Below are positions 22,585 to 32,981 of a stretch of DNA of 64,000 bases, one piece after another (the stretch's first letter is position 1; every line of letters begins with the position of its first letter). The stretch is from Spirochaetota bacterium (lineage in GTDB: Bacteria > Spirochaetota > UBA6919 > CBDBPB01), in NCBI GenBank assembly GCA_965208615.1, contig CBDBPB010000004.1, forward strand, positions 96,001 through 160,000, read 5' to 3'. The translations under genes were made by a program, and so were the position numbers. Under the pieces are notes generated by a model that saw only the letters and a program-made list of their open reading frames with translations, made no database searches and was not told where the DNA came from.

Positions 22585-22998
22585 GATCTCTCCAAGTTAA
22601 TTTAGTGATTTAGAAATGAATAAACATTAAAAAAATAAGTTGTGTATATAATAAGCTTAAACCGAGTTAAATGAATTAGTTCGTTTGCCTTTAAGGACAG
22701 AATAATAATATGACTGATATAATTAATTAACACTCAAAATCATTAATACTATATTTTATTTTTATCATCTTATTTTTATATAACTACATATTATCTGTTA
22801 GATGGTCATTTTTTATTTACAAATAAGATTTATTTTAAGTTTTTTTATAAGCATTACCCGGTATGACTAATATAAAGAAGTAATTCTTTTTAAGTATAGA
22901 CCGCAGTAGGTTAGATATAATGCATAGATTTTTATATACATAACTATAACTTACTTTTTACAGCTATATTATAAATAATCTTATCTAGTCGTAGTAGA

Positions 22999-24015
22999 TT
23001 AATTATAATTCTTTTTTTCAATAACGGCAAATAATTCTTTAAAAATTCTTTTATAAATATTTAATTTATCTATAAGTTCATATTCAAAAAGGTCTCCAAC
23101 TAGAACTATATCGTTGTTCTTAATGGCATCAGAAAGTTCACTTAAAAGATTATAAAATTCTTCATTAACTTTGTCAACAGTTTTATCATCAATCTTAATA
23201 TTATCATAATTAACGTTAAATAATTCCTTTAATTTTCTTAGGTGATAGTTTATACTTTCCATTAGCCCAAGAACATTTTTAATTTCTACATAAGCCTCAA
23301 CCTCTTTATCTGCCTGTAGATTAGTTCCTATGTTCTTTATAACAGGAAAAAACACATCAATTGTATCAGTTAAATCCTGCAAACAATTGCTAATATTTGT
23401 TAAATCGAAGTTCTCACATTTAGAAAGATGAAATACTCCCCTTTGTAATACCCTAGGTATAAGCTTTTCTAACTTTTCTATATTTGGAACAAGTTTAATA
23501 TTTATAATTTCACTAAATACCTTTGAATCATGCTTATATACCTCAAGATCCTTTAATATATTAGAATTGTTAGCAATAATATCAGAAAGAGGTGTTGCAT
23601 TAGAAAAAATAGTATTAGTATCTATTCCAATTATCCTACAGCTATTAGCAAAAATATCCTTTAGCCATGTTAGCCCTTCAAAAATATCATCTTTTTGTTT
23701 GTTATTATAGTTAGCATTACTTTTTGATACCATTAGCAAAAAACGAGTTATATAGTCTTTTGTATCCATTAATATATTTATAACATATTCTTCATTATTA
23801 GATGTTGTTATCTCAAGTTTTTCAGTATTAGATATAAGATAACTTTCTAGTTCTTTTCGTTCAGTTGAGTGGATAAGCTTTCCATCTATTTTCAACTCAT
23901 TAATAATCTTATTATGCTTACTAAGCCATCCCTCAATTGAGTCTATTATTTCTAACATATTTCTTTCTTTTTCTAAAGTAAAGTCCAACTTATCACCGTG
24001 AATTAATATTTCCAC
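22999..24015 (-). CDS. Hypothetical protein, acidic and helical, downstream of fliD
   Basis: 338-aa ORF, GGAGG RBS, GTG start; C-terminal DIVLVGDLFEYEL resembles flagellar-locus hypotheticals. Confidence 0.65.
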   Translation of the reverse strand: MEILIHGDKLDFTLEKERNMLEIIDSIEGWLSKHNKIINELKIDGKLIHSTERKELESYLISNTEKLEITTSNNEEYVINILMDTKDYITRFLLMVSKSNANYNNKQKDDIFEGLTWLKDIFANSCRIIGIDTNTIFSNATPLSDIIANNSNILKDLEVYKHDSKVFSEIINIKLVPNIEKLEKLIPRVLQRGVFHLSKCENFDLTNISNCLQDLTDTIDVFFPVIKNIGTNLQADKEVEAYVEIKNVLGLMESINYHLRKLKELFNVNYDNIKIDDKTVDKVNEEFYNLLSELSDAIKNNDIVLVGDLFEYELIDKLNIYKRIFKELFAVIEKKNYN

Positions 24016-24049
24016 TTAGCCTCCAACACCTATAGCTATATAAATACAC

Positions 24050-26251
24050 TTATCGATTATTGCTGTTACCAAAATTAAGACGTTTTAACCTTTCTTCTCC
24101 ATCGATTCTTGCATTTTCAGCTTTTTCTAGCTGTGCCTTTAATCTAATAATTTTATCCATATTTCTTTTTTTAATTACTTCAAACTTCCTTTTTAATTGT
24201 TTAATCCTATTTTCAACAGCTTTAATCTTAATTTCAATAATACCTATTCTTAGTGATCCATCCTTAGCCCTAACACTTTTTTTTGCATAGTGGTTAATAA
24301 GGGTAACCATATTAACAGCAATTCCATTATTTTTAATTAGACTTCCTACTTTTGCATGGGCAAATAGAGCCTTTATATTATCAAAGTTAGTTTTTAGTTT
24401 ATGTTTTATAATTTTTTTATCTAGATAAATATATCCCGCTTTTAAGTTTTCACTATCCTCTCTACCCCCTTCTCTATCAGGATTCTTAAATCCAATCTGA
24501 AATATGAATTTAATATTCTTTTGTTCATATCTTTTATAAGGAGTGGATGTGATTTCCCTTCGTAGTTTAATCCTAAGGTTCTTAGCAGAAAAGTCATTAT
24601 TCATAGTACCAATAAAAGTCTTACCGGATAACTCATTAAACTGTTTTTCTTCATAGCTCATTCTATCAATTTTTTCTTCTTCTTTTTCAAACTCTATAAG
24701 AGTCTGTCTTAGCTTATAAAAGGTAGTATTTTTTAAGTATAGCATTACGTTATTATACTCATCAACAAACTTTTGTAGCTGTTCAACTATTTTATCATAA
24801 TCCCATGTAATTTTTAACTCTTCCTCAACCCTAGACGGACTCTTTAAACTTATTGTTATACCCCTAATTAGATCATCTATATTATTTTTATCTCTGGTAA
24901 CCTCAACTCCATTATAAAGTAACCTTGCGTCCTGAGCTTCGCTTATATAATTATAACCCTTTTTACTCTTACTAGGATTATATATTTTTATTTGTTTAAA
25001 ATATATATTTTGATCACTAAGGGTATTTACAATAGCAAATTTATTAAACTTTTTTATGCTTGTATTATCTAGTCTAGTTTTAATAGTAGTCCATTTTTTT
25101 ACTTTTGGTATATCCTTTTTTATAAACTCTTTGTTATTGTCATTTAATACAGCCATATACTGTATAGGTATTTCTTCTTTTTGATCCTGCTTATCAGTAG
25201 TTTTTTCTGTCTTTTTTTTATCTTTTATTTTTTTTATTTCCCCGATTAAAGGTTCACCATATAGCTTTATTCGCCCTACTTTAACCTCTTCTATACTACC
25301 AATTTTATGTTTAAGCTTTTCCTTAGTGTCTTTCTTTTTATCTTTTTTGTCATACACTCTTTTTTTTATTTCTTTCTTATCAACCTTATCAATTTTAGTA
25401 TTAACCTCCAAATAGCTGTTTCTAGTTATCCTAATAGGCCTTGGACTAGTTAATATTATATGAGAATTGGGATATACTATTAAAATATTTTTATCTATGG
25501 CATAATTTCCTTTTAACACATCCCTATAAAGACCATTAAATTTATATATACGATCTTTTTGTTTTTTTATTTTTCTGTCTATAAAACCGAGCTTTTTAAA
25601 GAACTTTTGATTTCCAATTAGTTCAATTCTATTTTTACTTCCCTTTTTCATACCGCTAATAACAAGCATTTCATTATCTTGATCAACTTTTGTAGTTCTA
25701 GCTTTTGCAACCTTATTTTTTGGCTTATTAAAGGCATCAGCAAGGTCTAGAAGAGTACCACCCTTAGTAAAATCAACTTTAAAAGTTTTATCACCAGACT
25801 TTATAACAAAGCTAATACCCTTAAATTTCTTAGTTGGACTAAATGGTTTAGAAGCTATTTTATCAGCTCTAGCCAGCTGTATAACTTTAATACTATGATT
25901 ACCCTCTTTACTTCCCTGAGTAGATGTAGCAGTAAAGCTTTCTGAATTTGTTGATTCAGTTTTGGTTGTATTGAACGCAGATACAGTAGGATCGTAGAGA
26001 TTTTTAGATGCCTCTCTAAGCAATATAAGTCTATTTTTTAGTCCTTTCCAGCTTTTTTTTTCTTTTTCTGATAGTTTACTGTTCAGGACAATTGGGTCTT
26101 CATATCGACTTTTTAAAACATTTCTATATTTGTCTATTTGTTTATCTATATCAATCTCTTTTACGGCGTATATTGAAAAGCTAAACAAAAGGATCAATGA
26201 GGGTATAAATACTATTAATTTATTTTTAGATATTAATTTCATTTTAAACAA
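24050..26251 (-). CDS. fliD: Flagellar cap FliD-like protein
   Basis: IKVIQLARADKIAS, AQDARLLYNGVEVTRDKNNIDDLIRGITISL, FVDEYN; large central insertion. Confidence 0.8.
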   Translation of the reverse strand: MFKMKLISKNKLIVFIPSLILLFSFSIYAVKEIDIDKQIDKYRNVLKSRYEDPIVLNSKLSEKEKKSWKGLKNRLILLREASKNLYDPTVSAFNTTKTESTNSESFTATSTQGSKEGNHSIKVIQLARADKIASKPFSPTKKFKGISFVIKSGDKTFKVDFTKGGTLLDLADAFNKPKNKVAKARTTKVDQDNEMLVISGMKKGSKNRIELIGNQKFFKKLGFIDRKIKKQKDRIYKFNGLYRDVLKGNYAIDKNILIVYPNSHIILTSPRPIRITRNSYLEVNTKIDKVDKKEIKKRVYDKKDKKKDTKEKLKHKIGSIEEVKVGRIKLYGEPLIGEIKKIKDKKKTEKTTDKQDQKEEIPIQYMAVLNDNNKEFIKKDIPKVKKWTTIKTRLDNTSIKKFNKFAIVNTLSDQNIYFKQIKIYNPSKSKKGYNYISEAQDARLLYNGVEVTRDKNNIDDLIRGITISLKSPSRVEEELKITWDYDKIVEQLQKFVDEYNNVMLYLKNTTFYKLRQTLIEFEKEEEKIDRMSYEEKQFNELSGKTFIGTMNNDFSAKNLRIKLRREITSTPYKRYEQKNIKFIFQIGFKNPDREGGREDSENLKAGYIYLDKKIIKHKLKTNFDNIKALFAHAKVGSLIKNNGIAVNMVTLINHYAKKSVRAKDGSLRIGIIEIKIKAVENRIKQLKRKFEVIKKRNMDKIIRLKAQLEKAENARIDGEERLKRLNFGNSNNR

Positions 26252-26470
26252 TATTTTTTATAAAAAGAATTTCTTTATTAGTTATCGATTAATAATATCG
26301 ACAAATTATCATATAGTAATAATGTTTAAAATTAAAAGTCTTCAATTATCCGTTATTAACCCTTATAACAAAGGCTATTACAAAATAATAAGCTTTATTA
26401 AATAGTTAAATTATCCTAAAGTTTTTTTATAAGGTCAGCTAACACTATAATAAATATTATGAATCCGCTT

Positions 26471-26986
26471 TTATAGACTAAAATTATTAAGCCAATTAAA
26501 ATATTGTCTTTCAAAGTCCGAGATAGAGTCAATAGTATATATATTTTTTTTATGCTTATTATCGATTTTTTGCATACGTCCAACGTGATGGCTCCATCCG
26601 TTAACACAAGTATATGCAAAAATTGTTTTCTTAAACTGCCACGCATATGCTATCTCAGAAAGAGTACCAGCTCCCCCACCAATAGCGATAATAAGATCAC
26701 CGGCTAATACATTAACAAGATTACGAGCATAACCTATACCAGTAGGGATTACCACATCATTAAATTCATGAGTATCATCAAAATCATGGTTAGGTAAAAT
26801 GGATATAACAAAACCACCCGACTCTTTTGCCCCCCTACTAACATGCTTCATAACGCCATACTTACCACCAGTAATTAAGACAACACCACTTTCACCAATG
26901 ATCTTGCCAGTTTTATAAGCTATTTCTTTTTCAAGTTTTTCTGCTAAGTTGTTTCCAATTACAACAACTTGTTTTTTTCGTTCCAT
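26471..26986 (-). CDS. TIGR00725/LOG-family nucleotide-binding protein
   Basis: TGGKYGVM, TGIGYARN, IGGGAGTLSEIAYA. Confidence 0.88.
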   Translation of the reverse strand: MERKKQVVVIGNNLAEKLEKEIAYKTGKIIGESGVVLITGGKYGVMKHVSRGAKESGGFVISILPNHDFDDTHEFNDVVIPTGIGYARNLVNVLAGDLIIAIGGGAGTLSEIAYAWQFKKTIFAYTCVNGWSHHVGRMQKIDNKHKKNIYTIDSISDFERQYFNWLNNFSL

Positions 26987-27305
26987 AAGTTTTCCTTATC
27001 TAATATGTTACAAACCCAAATAAATATGAGTAGCAAATATATAATGTTAACAAATGAAATGGCTAATATCTTAGATTTATATTAATAATTGGAAAATATT
27101 ATATAAATTTCTAAAAAATACTTTGTTGTATTAGCAATTTATTATTATTCTATTATCTTTTATCTTAAAAAGTAAAGAAAGAATTACATTAACAAAATGT
27201 ATTTAAAATTGTAAAGTTTTCTCTATATAAACTAATTGTACTCTATTCAATTTTAAAACATTATATTAACTCTTTAAGTAAATATAAGTTAGGGGGGTAT
27301 AAGCA

Positions 27306-27707
27306 GTGGAAATAAAAATCCAATTGTCAATATTTATGGAAAATAAACCAGGTAATCTGTCAAAGTTTTGTGGTATATTAGAAGATGGAAATATAGATAT
27401 TATAGGAATATCTGTTACTGATGCAGTAGATCATAGCGTTATAAGAGTAGTGGTTAGTGATTCTGAAAAATGTTCCCACTTGCTTGGTAATCATGGTATG
27501 GTGGTAATAGAAAGTGAGGTCATAGAGTTAAAATTAAAACATCATCCCGGAGAACTTAGAAAAATAGCACATATACTATCAAAAGAAAGCATTAATATAG
27601 ACTACATATATGGTAGCGGAGTAGGTAATAATGCTAATGCACTCCTATTTTTAAAGGTCTCTGAGCCTTTTGTTGCTAAAGACCTATTATTAAAGTTTAA
27701 ACTTTAA
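27306..27707 (+). CDS. Tandem ACT-domain protein
   Basis: QLSIFMENKPG and HHPGEL..INIDYIY. Confidence 0.88.
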   Translation: MEIKIQLSIFMENKPGNLSKFCGILEDGNIDIIGISVTDAVDHSVIRVVVSDSEKCSHLLGNHGMVVIESEVIELKLKHHPGELRKIAHILSKESINIDYIYGSGVGNNANALLFLKVSEPFVAKDLLLKFKL

Positions 27708-27828
27708 CATCTTTAAACTTTAATAAATAATTAAGGAACTATTTTTAATATTTATACGTTATAAATACAACTTAATCTAGATTAGAAAAATAAAATTTTA
27801 TTTAATTAATAATTAGGGAGAAGATACT

Positions 27829-29097
27829 ATGGGATTTGAAAAAATAAAAATACCGTCTGATGGCCAAAAAATTACTATGGGAAATGATGGAGTATTAAAT
27901 GTCCCAGATAATCCTATTATCGCCTTTATTGAAGGTGACGGAACTGGACCTGATATTTGGAAAGCCTCACAAAAAGTATTTGATGCCGCCGTAAATAAGG
28001 CTTATGGAGGTAAAAAAAAGATTGCATGGATGGAGGTCTTTGCTGGTGGAAAATCATGGAATATGCACGGTAAAAGCGATGAAGGCTGGTTACCACAAGA
28101 AACCTTAGATGCAATAAATGAATATATAGTTGCTATTAAAGGTCCTATGACTACTCCAGTAGGAGGGGGAATAAGATCTATTAATGTAGCCCTAAGACAA
28201 AAACTCGATCTATATGTATGCCTTAGACCTGTTAAGTATTTTAATGGAGTACCATCTCCTGTTAAAAGACCAGAAGATGTAAATATGGTTATATTTAGGG
28301 AAAATACTGAAGATATTTATGCTGGTATTGAATTCGAAAATGATTCTGCAGGTGCCGCCAAAATGAAAGACCTACTAAAAGAACTAGGTGTGTTTTCTAA
28401 AGTAAGATTCCCTAAGACTGCCTCTTTTGGTGTTAAACCTATATCCATTGAGGGAACTGACCGTATAGCAAGAGCCGCTATTCGCTATGCCATTGATAAC
28501 GATAAAGATAGTGTTACCTTTGTTCACAAAGGCAATATTATGAAATTTACAGAAGGTTACTTTATGAAGTGGGGTTATGAGCTTGCCAAAAAAGAGTTTG
28601 GTGCTACTGAACTCGATGGTGGTCCATGGTGTACTATTAAAAATCCTAAAAATGGTAAAACTATTACTATTAAAGACGTTATAGCAGATGCCTTCTTACA
28701 GCAAATCCTAACTAGACCAGCAGAATATAGTGTTATTGCTACTATGAATCTAAACGGAGATTATATATCCGATGCTTTAGCCGCAGAAGTTGGTGGAATA
28801 GGTATTGCTCCTGGAGCTAATATTAATTATTATACTGGTCGTGCTATCTTTGAAGCTACCCATGGTACCGCTCCAAAATATGCAGGTCAAGATAAAGTTA
28901 ATCCATCATCAGTAATACTATCCGGCGAGATGATGTTCAAACACCTTGGGTGGGACGAAGTTGCGAGTCTTATTGTTAAAGGCATTGAAGGTGCTATATC
29001 CAAAAAGGTAGTTACCTATGACTTTGCCAGACTAATGGATGGAGCAAAGGAAGTTAAATGCTCAGAATTTGCTGATGCTATTATAGACAATATGTAA
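27829..29097 (+). CDS. icd: Isocitrate dehydrogenase (NADP, dimeric)
   Basis: [45 protein letters not shown]. Confidence 0.98.
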   Translation: MGFEKIKIPSDGQKITMGNDGVLNVPDNPIIAFIEGDGTGPDIWKASQKVFDAAVNKAYGGKKKIAWMEVFAGGKSWNMHGKSDEGWLPQETLDAINEYIVAIKGPMTTPVGGGIRSINVALRQKLDLYVCLRPVKYFNGVPSPVKRPEDVNMVIFRENTEDIYAGIEFENDSAGAAKMKDLLKELGVFSKVRFPKTASFGVKPISIEGTDRIARAAIRYAIDNDKDSVTFVHKGNIMKFTEGYFMKWGYELAKKEFGATELDGGPWCTIKNPKNGKTITIKDVIADAFLQQILTRPAEYSVIATMNLNGDYISDALAAEVGGIGIAPGANINYYTGRAIFEATHGTAPKYAGQDKVNPSSVILSGEMMFKHLGWDEVASLIVKGIEGAISKKVVTYDFARLMDGAKEVKCSEFADAIIDNM

Positions 29098-29111
29098 TAT
29101 CACTTTTTTAT

Positions 29112-29438
29112 ATAGCAGGTCAGGGAATCGCTAGTTAATCTAGAGGAAAGTCCGGGCTACATCAGGAAAAAGACCGGATAATACCCGGGGGGAGTGATCC
29201 TACGGAAAGTGCAACAGAAAATATACCGCCAGTAATTTGCTGGTAAGGGTGAAAAGGTGGGGTAAGAGCCCACCGCTTTTTTTGGTAACAAAAAAAGGCA
29301 CTGTAAACCCTCTTTGTAGCAAGGTCAAGAAGCAAGTAATCCTGATAATATTCTTGCAGGTAGGCCGCTAAATAGATTGAGTAATCAATCTAATAGATAA
29401 ATGATTCCTTAAACAGAACCCGGCTTATGACCTGCTAT
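29112..29438 (+). ncRNA. rnpB: RNase P RNA
   Basis: GAGGAAAGTCCGGGC, AGTGCAACAGAAA, AACAGAACCCGGCTTA; P1 helix ATAGCAGGTCA/TGACCTGCTAT. Confidence 0.97.
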
Positions 29439-29464
29439 TATTCCCTGTTTCAGAAAAGCATAAA

Positions 29465-31081
29465 CTAATTAGTAAGATAATCTTTAAGCTGTCTTTTCTT
29501 ACTAAGCTCTTTTAACCGTTTTAGAGCTTTAGATTCTATTTGTCTTGCCCTTTCCCGTGTAATATTAAAAAAGTATCCCGCTTCTCTTAGGGTATGATTA
29601 TGGCCATCAATTAAACCAAATCTCAATTTCAAAATAGTTTGCTCCCTTATAGGTAGTGTAGAAAGAATCTTATCTAACTGCTCTTTAAGACTATAGATAG
29701 ACTGATCAGTTACGCTATACGGATCTTCTATAAAGTTAATTAAACTAACATCTTCATTGCCTACAGGGGTTTCTAATGAAATAGGCTCCATAGTAATTTC
29801 GTAAATATTCTTTACCTTTTCCAAAGCCCAACCTAATTTTTCACTTAACTCCTTAAAAGTAGGCTCACGACCAAGAACCTGTAATAAATAATTTGACTCT
29901 TTCATGAGCTTCTTCATTTGATCAACAATATGGCTAGGCAGCCTAATTAATCGCCCTTGATTAGAAATACTTTTTGTAATAGCTTGTTTTACCCACCACG
30001 TAGCATAAGTAGTAAAACGGAATCCCTTTTTATAATTAAACCTATTAACAGCTTTAATTAACCCAACATTACCTTCTTGGATCAAATCAAAAAAATGTAC
30101 GTTAAAATGTATATATTTTTTCGCAATGCTAATAACCAGCCTTAAATTAGCATTAACTAAACTATCCTTAGCAAGGGCAATTTTCTCTTTTCCTCTTATT
30201 ATGTTTTTATACCATAAAATGGCATCATTAGACTTAATGCCTAATTTATTTTCTAAAGTAGAGTAGCTCTTCTTTTCATCTATATACTTTTTTAAGGAAT
30301 CCTCTAACTCAGATGATAGCTTTATCAATTCCTTAAAAGAAAAGTCTGCATTTCTAATCCGTTTTAAAGTACTTTTAATAATATTTTTTCTTTTGCTTAC
30401 AAAAAACTCTCTTTTTAGACATTTTACATAATAGTGGGTTAACTCTTTTTCTATATCCTCTATACTGTTAATAGCATCTTTTAATGTACTATATAAACCA
30501 TTTAACCTATTACTAAGGCGTACTCTTTCATCATGAGAAAAATGGCATGAATCATTATGAGCAAATAACTGAGCAACATCAGATTTATTTTCTATAAAGC
30601 ACTTAACAAGTTTCATGGTAGAGTAAATAGTAAACTTTGATGAGAATAAACTTTCTTTAATAAGATTTTCTCCTTCTATCATCTTATTAATAAGCTTTAA
30701 CTCATCCTCAGAAGAGAGTAATGAAACCTTAGAAATCTCTTTCAGATATAAGCTAACAAGATCTTCATTATTACTTTCCTTATTTTGAGTTAAATCCTGT
30801 TCCTTAGGGTTATTAGGCTCTTTAGAAGGCTTATCAGGCTCTTTGGATAGTTTTTTATTTAAAAAAACTTTATTTTTATAACTTTGTTTATCGCCAGATA
30901 ACTTACTAACTATTGGAATATTCATATCATCCAAAACAATAAATAAGTTATCTATTATTTCACTATCAATACCATCAATAGGAAGATGGTTATTAATATC
31001 ATCATAAGTAAGTCCACCTTTACTTTTACCTAATTTTACCAATTGCTTAATCTGAGGTATTGATGTTATCTCTTTTAACAT
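29465..31081 (-). CDS. rpoD: RNA polymerase sigma-70 factor, RpoD-like (divergent)
   Basis: Regions 1.1 and 1.2, ANLRLVISIAKKY, DLIQEGN, TYATWW, ITRERARQIE; directly follows dnaG. Confidence 0.85.
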   Translation of the reverse strand: MLKEITSIPQIKQLVKLGKSKGGLTYDDINNHLPIDGIDSEIIDNLFIVLDDMNIPIVSKLSGDKQSYKNKVFLNKKLSKEPDKPSKEPNNPKEQDLTQNKESNNEDLVSLYLKEISKVSLLSSEDELKLINKMIEGENLIKESLFSSKFTIYSTMKLVKCFIENKSDVAQLFAHNDSCHFSHDERVRLSNRLNGLYSTLKDAINSIEDIEKELTHYYVKCLKREFFVSKRKNIIKSTLKRIRNADFSFKELIKLSSELEDSLKKYIDEKKSYSTLENKLGIKSNDAILWYKNIIRGKEKIALAKDSLVNANLRLVISIAKKYIHFNVHFFDLIQEGNVGLIKAVNRFNYKKGFRFTTYATWWVKQAITKSISNQGRLIRLPSHIVDQMKKLMKESNYLLQVLGREPTFKELSEKLGWALEKVKNIYEITMEPISLETPVGNEDVSLINFIEDPYSVTDQSIYSLKEQLDKILSTLPIREQTILKLRFGLIDGHNHTLREAGYFFNITRERARQIESKALKRLKELSKKRQLKDYLTN

Positions 31082-31093
31082 ATTGACATTCCA

Positions 31094-32848
31094 TTAAACC
31101 AAACCACTTTGTTTTAATTTGTTTTCTTCATTAATAAGAAATTGCTTTTCTTCGAGCAATTCATTAATATTTACATAGTTAGTATTACCGGCCTCTTTAA
31201 TTTTTTTAGATATCCGACTTTGTTGATTCTTAATCTCTTTTAACTTTAGTCTATTAAAACAATCCTGTATCATCTTAATAGGCTCATATATATACTTTTC
31301 ATTAAATAATTCATCAAGAACAAGCTGTCTATCCTCTTCAGTAGGCATACTCTCAACAACTTTATATACATCCAGCTTGCCAAGCTCCAAATCAACTTCA
31401 GTCATAGTCTGGAACAACTTCATAGAAAAGCCGTCACTAAGCATGGTTAACATTATTTTATTTTTATAATTACAAAACAACTCTGGATTATTCAATATAG
31501 TAAACAATAAAGTATAGTCTGGATTATTCTTTTTATTATAAGCCTTTTTTGGAACTAATATTACTTTATCTTTCTTATTAAGACTACGAGTCTTCTTATA
31601 ATCAGCATATATAGACTCCTTAGATAACTTTAAAATCTCAGAAGCATTTTTTATTACCTCTTCTTTTTTTATCTCACTATCTATGTTATCTATAAATGCA
31701 AACAAGTCAGCAATAAACTTGCCTTTTTTATGAGGATCATCAGGATTATACCTTTTAAGTGCCCATTTAATACGATAATTAATCCCTGTTTTAGCACTAT
31801 TAACGTATTTTAAAAAACTATCACTTCCGTTTCTCACAAGGAATTCACATGGGTCTAATTCATTAGGTAGCTCAACTACAAAAACCTCAATATTAGCTTT
31901 TAACGCTAGGCTAAGAGAACGTATAACAGCTCTTTGCCCTGCCTCATCGCCATCAAACACCAAAACAACTTTATCGGTATATCTCTTTATTTTTTGTATA
32001 TGCTTTTCAGTAAGGCCGGTACCTAGCAATCCAACTACATTATCAATACCCATTTGATGAGCCATAATTACATCAAAATATCCCTCTACCAAGATTACCA
32101 GTCCATTTTTAAATATGCCGTTTTTAGCAAGGTTTAATCCATAAAAAACCTCTCTTTTTTTAAAATAATAATTTTCAGTGGAATTAAGATATTTTGGATT
32201 AGAATCATCTAATACCCTTCCTCCAAAAGCAATAACTCTATTACTCTCATCGTATATAGGAAAGATTATCCTATTTCTAAAATAATCATAAGGCTTATTA
32301 TTTTTACCTTTAACAATTAAACCACTCCTATACTGATTTTCTAGTGAATAATGATCATTAGTTAATTTGCTATTAAGAAGAGTCCAGTTATCCACAGCAT
32401 AACCAAGACCAAATTTATCTATAGAAGGCTTAGTAATAGAACGCTTTTTAAGATAAGCTAAGGCAGTTCTACCATACGGCTGAAAAAGGTAATAATTATA
32501 TGCTTGTAAGGCTTTTTTAAAAATATTAATAAGAAATGAATATTGTTCTTTTTTATTATTTGAATAGCTGTCAATATTAAGTCCAACATACTTAGCAGTT
32601 TCTCTTAGAGCGTTAACAAATGGAATGTTTTTATATAACATAAGGAATGTAAATATATTACCACTCTTTCCACAGCCAAAACAATGAAAAAAGTTTTTCT
32701 CTTCGCTAACCGTAAAAGATGGAGTCTTTTCGCTATGAAAAGGACATAATCCAACATAATTACGTCCCTGTTTTTTCAGGGTTACATACTGCTGTATAAT
32801 TTCTTTTATGTTAGCCCTTTGCTGAACCTCATCAATTATATTACTCAT
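31094..32848 (-). CDS. dnaG: DNA primase
   Basis: CPFHSEKTPSF..CFGC zinc finger, KYLNS, VEGYFDV, FDGDEAG TOPRIM. Confidence 0.97.
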   Translation of the reverse strand: MSNIIDEVQQRANIKEIIQQYVTLKKQGRNYVGLCPFHSEKTPSFTVSEEKNFFHCFGCGKSGNIFTFLMLYKNIPFVNALRETAKYVGLNIDSYSNNKKEQYSFLINIFKKALQAYNYYLFQPYGRTALAYLKKRSITKPSIDKFGLGYAVDNWTLLNSKLTNDHYSLENQYRSGLIVKGKNNKPYDYFRNRIIFPIYDESNRVIAFGGRVLDDSNPKYLNSTENYYFKKREVFYGLNLAKNGIFKNGLVILVEGYFDVIMAHQMGIDNVVGLLGTGLTEKHIQKIKRYTDKVVLVFDGDEAGQRAVIRSLSLALKANIEVFVVELPNELDPCEFLVRNGSDSFLKYVNSAKTGINYRIKWALKRYNPDDPHKKGKFIADLFAFIDNIDSEIKKEEVIKNASEILKLSKESIYADYKKTRSLNKKDKVILVPKKAYNKKNNPDYTLLFTILNNPELFCNYKNKIMLTMLSDGFSMKLFQTMTEVDLELGKLDVYKVVESMPTEEDRQLVLDELFNEKYIYEPIKMIQDCFNRLKLKEIKNQQSRISKKIKEAGNTNYVNINELLEEKQFLINEENKLKQSGLV

Positions 32849-32981
32849 ACAATCTAAATGTATCCCTATACGGTTTATTAATGTTATAAAAAAAATAAGT
32901 TAACATTAAAATAATAAAAGTCAACTTTTGCATTTTAATACATTAAAAGTAGTATTTCTATTTTTTTAATACCTTTGTACG

